This document shows positions 17,876-25,019 of a DNA stretch of 27,748 bases, piece by piece; within the stretch, counting starts at the first letter, position 1, and the number at the start of each line of letters is the position of its first letter. This stretch comes from Anaerolineae bacterium (lineage in GTDB: Bacteria > Chloroflexota > Anaerolineae > Promineifilales > Promineifilaceae): assembly GCA_028284105.1 (NCBI GenBank), contig JANQSK010000446.1, positions 1 through 27,748 of the forward strand, in the 5' to 3' direction. The position numbers and the translations under genes are program-made. The notes under the pieces were generated by a model that was not told where the DNA came from, did no database searches, and saw only the letters and a list, made by a program, of their open reading frames with translations.

Positions 17876-18316
17876 GTGAAGAAAATGAGCAGATTGATTA
17901 AAGCAAAAGTTTTGTGGTTTGTGAATATTGCCTTATTAACGGCCGTTTTTGCATTTACCATTACACCGCTTTTAGGCATCAATCTTGCGATTTATTCCCC
18001 AACCCACACCCATATTTACTTTGGTGATGTTGATCTAGAGCACGAGCATCATGATGGTCATGACCATTCTCATAAAGTCGATGTGAAGAAAATGTCGCAG
18101 GTTGAGCTTTTTCAGTTTTTTAATGAATCGATTGCTTTTCTAACGACCAAAGATGTTGGGAATTTAGGCTTGTTTTATATCGCGTTGATGATGCTAAATG
18201 CGTCTCTGCTCACATTTGCATCTCAGCTTAACCTGCTGCGATGGTCACCTGATGAACAATCTGTTCAGTTATTATTTACCCCTCCTGTATCACCTCCCCC
18301 TCGCTCCTTGTCCTAA
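17876..18316 (+). CDS. His-rich membrane/exported protein with C-terminal polyproline (PPVSPPPR); candidate regulatory leader ORF
   Basis: Basic then hydrophobic N-terminus, PTHTH...HEHHDGHDHSH, a second hydrophobic segment, and PPVSPPPRSLS-stop. No Cys in the protein. Confidence 0.75.
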   Translation: MKKMSRLIKAKVLWFVNIALLTAVFAFTITPLLGINLAIYSPTHTHIYFGDVDLEHEHHDGHDHSHKVDVKKMSQVELFQFFNESIAFLTTKDVGNLGLFYIALMMLNASLLTFASQLNLLRWSPDEQSVQLLFTPPVSPPPRSLS

Positions 18317-18322
18317 TCTGCA

Positions 18323-18377
18323 AATATTTGAGATCGCACGATTGGCCTTGAAAAAGTCTTTGTAAATCTCAAATATT
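18323..18377. other. Perfect 12-bp inverted repeat (AATATTTGAGAT / ATCTCAAATATT) with a 31-nt loop
   Basis: Arms at 18323-18334 and 18366-18377, starting 6 nt after the stop of the His-rich ORF. No U-tract follows, so it is not a classic intrinsic terminator. Confidence 0.7.
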
Positions 18378-18476
18378 GATGATGGGAGAAATTAGTTTTT
18401 GATAATGATGTCTTCCATACCCACAAACAGAATCTTATAAATATTAATAACAATAAGAGGCGATAGCACTGTTCTG

Positions 18477-18591
18477 TTCAGTGTTCCGAAGTTTCTAAAT
18501 TGAAAAACATTTTAGCAAAAGCTTTGGAACCTCGATGAAACGAAATTTAAAGCTGTCATTTTATTCAAAACAGGAACTTCGTTTCACTTAA
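18477..18591. mobile_element. 115-bp MITE-like element, copy B (inverted relative to copy A)
   Basis: The reverse complement aligns to 54-169: the first 27 nt are identical, and 88/97 positions match outside an 18-19 nt variable middle. One terminal TTAA is changed to TTCA. Confidence 0.7.
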
Positions 18592-18649
18592 ATGCCATGT
18601 TAAACGGCCGTTATTTGCTATCGTCTATGTAAATGATTTAGGACATAAA

Positions 18650-19219
18650 ATGCAAAATTCAAAAAAATATCTACTGATTACCTTACTTTTTTCAATGATC
18701 TTCTTTGTCGCCGCGTGCTCTTCAGCAGGTGGTAGCGAACCTGATGCGACTGAATCTATGGAAGAGATGGAAGAAATGGAAGAGATGGAACATGATGACG
18801 AATCCATGGAAGGAATGGAGCACGACGACGAATCTATGGAAGAAATGGAGCATTCGGATGGAGATGATCATTCAGATCACTCAGATCATTCAGATCACGA
18901 CCATGAAGATTCAGCTCGAATCATGAATGAAGGTGCCACAATTAATATCATGTCCCCAGCAACGGGTGATACATTTGCCTTTGGTGAACAAGTTCTGATT
19001 GAGGTTGAAGTAGAAAACTTTGAACTAGGCGCTGATGGCAATCATTGGCATGTGTATGTTGATGGCTCATCATGGGGAATGGTCTTAGGTGGCAATTTGG
19101 ATCAACCATTGGTGGGTCTAGAGCCTGGTCAACACATGATCGAAACATATTTAGCCAATGGTGATCATGAAGAGCTTATGCAAGGTTCTTCAATTATGAT
19201 CGTCGTAGAAGATCAATAA
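18650..19219 (+). CDS. Met/His-rich lipoprotein with a C-terminal beta-rich (DUF4399/DUF6130-like) domain; putative metal (Cu/Ni/Zn) binding
   Basis: Lipobox VAAC; MEEMEEMEEMEHDDESMEGMEHDDESMEEMEH...DHSDHSDHSDHDHED; C-terminal NHWHVYVDG...LEPGQH...LANGDH. The family label is from recall. Confidence 0.8.
   Translation: MQNSKKYLLITLLFSMIFFVAACSSAGGSEPDATESMEEMEEMEEMEHDDESMEGMEHDDESMEEMEHSDGDDHSDHSDHSDHDHEDSARIMNEGATINIMSPATGDTFAFGEQVLIEVEVENFELGADGNHWHVYVDGSSWGMVLGGNLDQPLVGLEPGQHMIETYLANGDHEELMQGSSIMIVVEDQ
18758..18910 (+). repeat. Intragenic microrepeats: 9-nt MEE x3, 30-nt MEHDDESME(G/E) x2 (18785-18814, 18815-18844), 9-nt DHS x3
   Basis: Directly visible tandem units at the DNA level. Confidence 0.9.
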
Positions 19220-19234
19220 GAACAGACAGTTAAT

Positions 19235-19266
19235 CCCCATTGGGTGAGAGAACTTGCTCAATGGGG
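19235..19266. terminator. Hairpin between convergent genes, probably a bidirectional terminator
   Basis: CCCCATTGGGTGAG-AGAA-CTTGCTCAATGGGG forms a 14-bp stem with G:U pairs. It lies between the lipoprotein stop (19219) and the hydA stop (19269). Confidence 0.7.
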
Positions 19267-19268
19267 GC

Positions 19269-20573
19269 TTATTCTAGATTTAGAATTTTTCCTCTCACAA
19301 TAGTCGTTTTCGGCCATCCCTTTAGCAGTAAACCCTCATAGGGTGTCCAACCAGCCGTTTCATGGAGCGTTTGGCTTGAAATTGTTTTTTCAAGATTGGG
19401 ATCAAAAACAACGATATCTGCATCATAGCCAACGCCAATATGCCCTTTGTTATGAAATCCTGTTAACTTAGCAGGGGCAGTCGCACAAAGATTGACCCAC
19501 TGATTGAGAGATAAACGGCCGTTTACCACCCCCTGATACACACTAGCAAATCGCATTTCAATTGAAGGAACCCCACCAGGAATTTGACTAAAATCATTGA
19601 GGCCGGTTGCTTTTTCTTCTTTTGTGAATGGACAATGATCCGTGCTAACAATTTGCAAGTCGTTGTTCGCTAAAGCATGCCATAACTTATCATTTTCAGG
19701 TTTAGGCCTGAGGGGAGGGGAGCAAACAGGCAAAGTTCCGTCCACGCCAGGACGGTCATAAAGCTCTTGCGACAAAAATAGATATTGGGGGCAAGTTTCT
19801 CCTGTGACAGGGATCCCTTTTGCTCTAGCAGCTTGAATTTCTTGGACAACTGCATCACAGGAAACATGGAATATGTGGATTGGTAATCCGACGCGTTCAG
19901 CAATTTTAATGACGCGGTGTACTGATTCTGCTTCAAATTCTTCCGGTCGACTGCGTGAATGCCAGTGTGGAGAAACACGGCCGTTTGCCACATTTTCTTC
20001 TATCAGAGCACAGATGATGTCCCAATTTTCAGCATGAATGACAGGAAGCCCGTTCACTTTTTTGATGGCTTGAAAGGCCTTATAAAGTGCATCATCTGTT
20101 AAGCGATGTCCATAGGCCATATAAAGTTTGTACGTTTTGCACCCTGCTTCTGCAACCTCAGGAAGCTGTTCCAATTTAGGAATATCCGTCGGGGTAATCG
20201 TCATATGAAGACCAAAGTCAATGACGCTTTTGCTTTTCGCTAAGGTCTGCCGCTCTAGGTACGCTTCTAACAGAGGCTGTTCGGGTTTGGCCTCGACAAA
20301 GTCTATGATTGTCGTTGTGCCACCCAAAGCCGCAGCTCGGGTGCCGCTATAAAAATCGTCTGTTGAAGTGAATTTGCCAATTGGCATTTCAAGGTGGACA
20401 TGAATGTCAACACCGCCAGGGATGACGAGTTTGCCATAAGCGTCAATTTCATTCGTACCTTGAAGAGAATTCCCAATTGCGGCAATTTTATCACCTTGAA
20501 TGGCGACATCAGTTTGGATGGTTGAAACGGCCGTTACGATCGTTCCGTTTTTGATGACTAAATCAAACGGCAT
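19269..20573 (-). CDS. hydA: Dihydropyrimidinase / D-hydantoinase
   Basis: LVIKNGTIV, PGGVDIHVH (HxH), GTRAAALGGTTTIIDF, KLYMAY (carboxylated Lys), IHAEN, FHVS, STDHCPF, PGGVPSIE and GYDADIVVFDP. Start ATG 20573, 4 nt after the upstream stop. Confidence 0.88.
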   Translation of the reverse strand: MPFDLVIKNGTIVTAVSTIQTDVAIQGDKIAAIGNSLQGTNEIDAYGKLVIPGGVDIHVHLEMPIGKFTSTDDFYSGTRAAALGGTTTIIDFVEAKPEQPLLEAYLERQTLAKSKSVIDFGLHMTITPTDIPKLEQLPEVAEAGCKTYKLYMAYGHRLTDDALYKAFQAIKKVNGLPVIHAENWDIICALIEENVANGRVSPHWHSRSRPEEFEAESVHRVIKIAERVGLPIHIFHVSCDAVVQEIQAARAKGIPVTGETCPQYLFLSQELYDRPGVDGTLPVCSPPLRPKPENDKLWHALANNDLQIVSTDHCPFTKEEKATGLNDFSQIPGGVPSIEMRFASVYQGVVNGRLSLNQWVNLCATAPAKLTGFHNKGHIGVGYDADIVVFDPNLEKTISSQTLHETAGWTPYEGLLLKGWPKTTIVRGKILNLE

Positions 20574-20577
20574 TGAT

Positions 20578-22773
20578 CTACTCAGGTATTGAGAGCCAGA
20601 CGGGGACACCGCTAAAAGCGGCGTTGCCCGTCAAAACATCCATTGTCATTTCATCTGTTAGATCATTGATGGAAACACCGGCATGTTTTTCAGCAACCTG
20701 AAGCTGGGTTCCCTTCCGATTGTGACCCCAGCCGTGTGGAATGCTAACAACACCAGGCATCATCTCATCGCTAACTTCAACGGGGAGCTGAACGTGACCT
20801 ACTCTGGAGTTAACGACAGTCATCATGCCGTCTTCAAGTTGATGCTTGTCTGCATCTTTCGGACTAATCAGCAACGTGCAACGATTTTTCCCTTTGGTTA
20901 AACGAGGACTGTTGTGCATCCAAGAGTTGTTGCTTCGAAGATGACGCCGTCCAATGAGCGTTAATGGTTCTTTTGGGGTTTTGCTAAATTTAGAGTTGAG
21001 TCGCTCCAAATCTTCGACTAACAACTGAGGGGCGAGCTGAATACGGCCGTTTTCAGTCATCAAACGTACATTGAACATTGGCTTGTGAGGACCTAAATCA
21101 ATACCGTGTTTGCTATTGATCAATCTTTGGACCGTAAGCCCTTGCTGGCCATTTGTCTGGAGCTTCTTTTGATTAATACCTTTAGCACCGTATGGGCCAA
21201 ATCGAAGACCTAAGTCTATGATTTTTCGAGGAGGAAGCCGCCGTGGGAGGTCTAATTTGTTCCGTTGACGATTTGTGTCGTGATTGTTTTCAAAGCGGAA
21301 ACGTAACTCTTGGAAGATTTCCCAATCATGTTTTGCCCCTTCAACCGGTTCAAAAAGCGCTTCAGAATATTTCGAACTGTTTCTGACCGCTAAATTATGG
21401 AAAACAAGATCATAATGTTCAGTTTCAAGCCCGGTTGTTGGTGGTAGGATGATGTTAGCATGCCGGGTCGTTTCATTAATGTAAATGTCTATTGACACCA
21501 TGAAATCTAAATTTTCAAACGCTTCATCAAGCTGGCGACCATTCGGACTAGATAAGACGGGATTTCCCGCAATTGTCACCATGCTTTTGATTTGAGCTGG
21601 CCCTTCGGTCAATATCTCTTCTGCTAAACCGGAAACAGGTAACTCGCCGCCAAATTCAGGTAATTTGCGAACGGCCGATTGCCAGCGATTAAATCGCTGC
21701 TTGCCAGGTCTATTTCCACCCAAGACAGTGATGACATCGATTGCTGGTGCAGGGAACATGGCGCCTCCTGGAGAGTCCATATTGCCAGTAACTAGATTGA
21801 TCACGTTGACAAGCCATTGACAAAGCCCCCCAAATTCTTGAGTTGAAACACCCATACGACCGTAACAAACGGCCGTTTTTGAAGCGCAAAAATCACGTGC
21901 GATTTGTTTGACCGCTTCTGCTGGAATACCTGTTTTGTCCGCAACTGATTCAGGTGAGAAATCAGCAACTATATCTTGAATGACAGAGAGTCCATCCATT
22001 TGTGAGGCAAGCTCACCTGGATTATCAAGCCCTTCTGCATGAATGGTGTGGAGAAGGGCGAGTAGAAAGAGAGCGTCTGCACCTGGTTTAATGAAGTGGT
22101 GTTCGTCGGCCAAAACGGCCGTTTCTGTGCGTCGAGGATCGATGACAACTATTTTTCCACCTCGTTTTTGAATACCCTGTAGCCGTTTTTTAATGCCGGG
22201 CGCCGTCATAATACTGCCATTTGAAGCCAAAGGATTTGCTCCTAGCATCAACATGTAGTGTGTTCGATCAACATCAGGAATGGGTAAAAGCTGTGGATGA
22301 CCAAACATGAGATCGGCAGCAAAATGATGCGGGAGTTGATCAGCTGATGTCGCAGAGAATCGGTTTTTTGTACGAAGTGAACGGACGAAGGGGGGACTAT
22401 AGATCATGGCTCCCATATTGTGTACATTGGGATTGCCCTGATAAACGCCTACCGCATTATTGCCATGTTTTGCTTGGACTGCTTGAATGCCAGCTACCAC
22501 TTCAGAAAAAGCCTCTTCCCAGCTCATTTGTTGCCAACCCGTTTCTGTGCGGCGAACTGGTAGTTTGAGGCGGTCAGGATCGCGATAGATATCTTCGAGT
22601 GCGGTTGCTTTTGGACAAATATGACCTTGGCTAAAAGGGTCATTTTTATCACCACGAATTGCTATGATATCTTGGCCACTGTATTCAATTTCCAAGCCGC
22701 ACATTGCCTCACACAAATTGCAAGTGCGATAATGGCGTTGTGTTTCGCGTTTCTCTTTATTTTTCGTCCTCAT
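20578..22773 (-). CDS. Molybdopterin (bis-MGD/DMSO reductase superfamily) oxidoreductase, single-subunit uncharacterised clade
   Basis: TCNLCEAMCGL...GHICPK (4Fe-4S), DPDRL, GANPLASNG, IVVIDPRRTETA, DIYINETTRHA, LIGRRHLRSNNSW and C-terminal PGVVSIPHGWG. SD AGGAAGG upstream. Confidence 0.92.
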   Translation of the reverse strand: MRTKNKEKRETQRHYRTCNLCEAMCGLEIEYSGQDIIAIRGDKNDPFSQGHICPKATALEDIYRDPDRLKLPVRRTETGWQQMSWEEAFSEVVAGIQAVQAKHGNNAVGVYQGNPNVHNMGAMIYSPPFVRSLRTKNRFSATSADQLPHHFAADLMFGHPQLLPIPDVDRTHYMLMLGANPLASNGSIMTAPGIKKRLQGIQKRGGKIVVIDPRRTETAVLADEHHFIKPGADALFLLALLHTIHAEGLDNPGELASQMDGLSVIQDIVADFSPESVADKTGIPAEAVKQIARDFCASKTAVCYGRMGVSTQEFGGLCQWLVNVINLVTGNMDSPGGAMFPAPAIDVITVLGGNRPGKQRFNRWQSAVRKLPEFGGELPVSGLAEEILTEGPAQIKSMVTIAGNPVLSSPNGRQLDEAFENLDFMVSIDIYINETTRHANIILPPTTGLETEHYDLVFHNLAVRNSSKYSEALFEPVEGAKHDWEIFQELRFRFENNHDTNRQRNKLDLPRRLPPRKIIDLGLRFGPYGAKGINQKKLQTNGQQGLTVQRLINSKHGIDLGPHKPMFNVRLMTENGRIQLAPQLLVEDLERLNSKFSKTPKEPLTLIGRRHLRSNNSWMHNSPRLTKGKNRCTLLISPKDADKHQLEDGMMTVVNSRVGHVQLPVEVSDEMMPGVVSIPHGWGHNRKGTQLQVAEKHAGVSINDLTDEMTMDVLTGNAAFSGVPVWLSIPE

Positions 22774-22844
22774 TCCACACCTTCCTACTCAGTGATTTTC
22801 AACAAAACTTTGGATACTCAACAGCAATATGAAAATTACTTCGA

Positions 22845-22897
22845 GGAGAACAAAAGCTTAGAGCAGTGATTTTAATTTTAGGTGCTTTTTGTTCTCC
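22845..22897. other. 11-bp perfect inverted repeat (GGAGAACAAAA / TTTTGTTCTCC) in the leader of the molybdopterin oxidoreductase gene
   Basis: Arms at 22845-22855 and 22887-22897. A 10-bp direct repeat CAGTGATTTT also occurs at 22790 and 22864. Confidence 0.55.
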
Positions 22898-22924
22898 ACT
22901 TCGCTATTTTAGATGATGTCTAAC

Positions 22925-23719
22925 TTATAAATTGTCTTCTAGAAATTGAATTGCTTCTTGCCAAGCGTCACCCGCAATCCCTGGCTGGTTAAAGTTATCT
23001 TCTGTAATAAATGCGTGGCCCACTCCAGGATAAATCGAAATTTGATTGACGATGTTAAGACTGTCGAGCGCTGCCTCAAATTCGATGACATCCTCTACAA
23101 AGATAGATTGGTCTTCTTCCGCAAAGATGCCAAGGATGGGTTGATTATCAACTAACGGCCGTAATAATTCAGGATTTGTTTCAACAGCCCCATAATACAT
23201 GATCGTCATCGCTAACCGCTCTGATTGGCGTAAACCGAGCTGTAATGAGTGCTCACCCCCAAAACAAAAACCCATCGTTGCCGTTCGTTCTGCATCTGCT
23301 TCGGGAAGAGTCATTAGGTAATCCAGAGCAACATCAAGGTCGCCAAAAACTTGTTCTTCTGGTGTAGTCAGTCTTAGCCAAATGGCGCGTGGAATTTGTG
23401 AAGTTAGATTGCCTCGATATGCATCAGCTGCGAGCACAATGTAGCCTTCATCTGCGAGGGCATCTGCCAAAACGATGATGCCTTCATTTAGTCCCCACCA
23501 TTCGTGGATCATCAGAACGGCTGGAAATGGTCCCTCACCTTCCGGTTTTGCCAAATAGCCATGTAGTTCTGTCCCTTCAGCAACACTGTAGGTCACATTT
23601 GTAAAGTCAGTTGATGATTGTCCAAATAAAGCGTCAAAAATGATAAATCCCGCCAATGTTAAAACGAAAAATCCAAGTAGGCCCACAAGGCCAAGTACAA
23701 TTCTTTTAATCCATTTCAT
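22925..23719 (-). CDS. Dienelactone hydrolase family protein with an N-terminal membrane anchor
   Basis: IHEWWGLN, GFCFGG (Cys nucleophile), FAEEDQSI (Asp), and YPGVGHAF (His). N-terminal hydrophobic helix IVLGLVGLLGFFVLTLAGFIIF. Confidence 0.9.
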   Translation of the reverse strand: MKWIKRIVLGLVGLLGFFVLTLAGFIIFDALFGQSSTDFTNVTYSVAEGTELHGYLAKPEGEGPFPAVLMIHEWWGLNEGIIVLADALADEGYIVLAADAYRGNLTSQIPRAIWLRLTTPEEQVFGDLDVALDYLMTLPEADAERTATMGFCFGGEHSLQLGLRQSERLAMTIMYYGAVETNPELLRPLVDNQPILGIFAEEDQSIFVEDVIEFEAALDSLNIVNQISIYPGVGHAFITEDNFNQPGIAGDAWQEAIQFLEDNL

Positions 23720-23745
23720 TTGATTTCACCTTCAGGTATTGAGTT

Positions 23746-23764
23746 TGATAAATTGGTTTTATCA
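23746..23764. promoter_or_regulatory. Candidate operator TGATAAA-N5-TTTATCA
   Basis: Perfect 7-5-7 dyad lying 27-45 nt upstream of the dienelactone hydrolase start codon. Confidence 0.45.
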
Positions 23765-23853
23765 TTGAAGCGAAAGCGATTCCAAGCCTAATTGAGAATA
23801 CTTATTTTTGATTTAGACTCAAAGATTCCCAAGAACTTGTGAAGAGGTTAACC

Positions 23854-23890
23854 AAATAGTAGGCTCCTATCTTATTGGAACCTACTATTT
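23854..23890 (-). terminator. Probable intrinsic terminator after the mttB-C45 operon
   Basis: AAATAGTAGGCTCC / GGAACCTACTATTT inverted repeat (13/14), 27 nt downstream of the C45 stop. The stem is long and AT-rich with only a short U run. Confidence 0.65.
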
Positions 23891-23917
23891 GCATCATTTT
23901 GAAAATTTATTATGAAG

Positions 23918-25006
23918 CTAGACTGAAAATTCTTCGTACTCGTTTTCGTCAGGGAGTCCCCAAACGGCCCAAAATTTGCCTTCTTTTGGTTGCATGATGG
24001 CTGCCCCACATGATTCTACGTGGAAGGGTGGTTTTGAGCGGGTGCAAATCGCTGAGGGTTCACGCGTTACGGCGATGAGATCGTTGATGGTTAACGGCCG
24101 TTTTTCCAAAAGCTCATTTGCCATATTGAGTCGATTTTCAGAGCTCATTTGAGACGATTCAGGACGTTCTTGGGCATATTCGAGGGTTTCAGGTAATAGG
24201 CAGTGGTTTGTGTGGCTAATGGGGGCTTCTTCAAGTGGCGTTATTTCGCAATGTGAAGACATCGCTTCCACATTGTAACCAGTCCCGTTTTTATCAAAGA
24301 TGAGATAGTTGTGAGCCCCTGCCAGCTTCGCTTCCGTAATGCATTTCAATGCATCATCTGCATTATCTTGCTGGAGTGCTTTGCGAACGACAAAAGGCCA
24401 AGTGACACCGACTTGGCCATCAGTGGCCATAAGATTATTGATGCCGATACAGACGCCGTGTTCATTCATGCCAATTTGGCCAATGCATCCCGTTGTCGTA
24501 AACACCAAAGATTTGGGTTGGTCAGGTGTGTCAACTTCCAGCAGTATAACAAATTCAGTTGCTGTATCATGCATATCCCAAGTTTGCCCAAAAAAGCCTG
24601 CGCCATCTGCCGTATTGTCTGGCACTAAAAAGGCCGTGCAATCATCGATGGGTAATCGATCTAAAACAGGTTCGCGTTGTTTTCGATATTCGCCATAAAC
24701 TGTATCAACGAAGTCTGTAAAACCACCCACAATGATCAGTTCGCCCAATGATAAGCCGGTTGCTTTTGACATGCCGCGAAGTTCATCCATTAAGTCCGGC
24801 GCATACGCTTCATGATCAGGGACACACTTTTCAGCGAGATCGATTACTTCACCTGGTTCTAGTTGATGCCCACTCCAAAGTCCGCCACACACGATTTGAA
24901 CACGCTCCTTCGCGTAGCGAATAATATCTTCACGATGCGACAAACCATGTTGATAGCCCATATCAAATGGGGAGCCGCTTGTTTTTACAACGCGTATTTT
25001 TGCCAT
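23918..25006 (-). CDS. C45 family autoproteolytic Ntn-hydrolase/acyltransferase (acyl-CoA:6-APA acyltransferase-like)
   Basis: DELRGMSKATG, DCTAF (N-terminal nucleophile Cys after self-cleavage), GQTWD, GQIGMNEHGVCIGINNL, and HTNH. Start ATG 25006 with AAGGA SD, 13 nt after the mttB stop. Confidence 0.87.
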   Translation of the reverse strand: MAKIRVVKTSGSPFDMGYQHGLSHREDIIRYAKERVQIVCGGLWSGHQLEPGEVIDLAEKCVPDHEAYAPDLMDELRGMSKATGLSLGELIIVGGFTDFVDTVYGEYRKQREPVLDRLPIDDCTAFLVPDNTADGAGFFGQTWDMHDTATEFVILLEVDTPDQPKSLVFTTTGCIGQIGMNEHGVCIGINNLMATDGQVGVTWPFVVRKALQQDNADDALKCITEAKLAGAHNYLIFDKNGTGYNVEAMSSHCEITPLEEAPISHTNHCLLPETLEYAQERPESSQMSSENRLNMANELLEKRPLTINDLIAVTREPSAICTRSKPPFHVESCGAAIMQPKEGKFWAVWGLPDENEYEEFSV

Positions 25007-25019
25007 GATCTTTTCCTTT

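Noticed and set aside
22621-22869. 82-aa + strand ORF
   Set aside because: It is antisense to the 5' end and leader of the molybdopterin oxidoreductase gene, with no SD or motif.
22774-22924. Moco riboswitch upstream of the molybdoenzyme
   Set aside because: The region is AT-rich and lacks the conserved segments I associate with the Moco RNA motif. An Infernal search would settle it.
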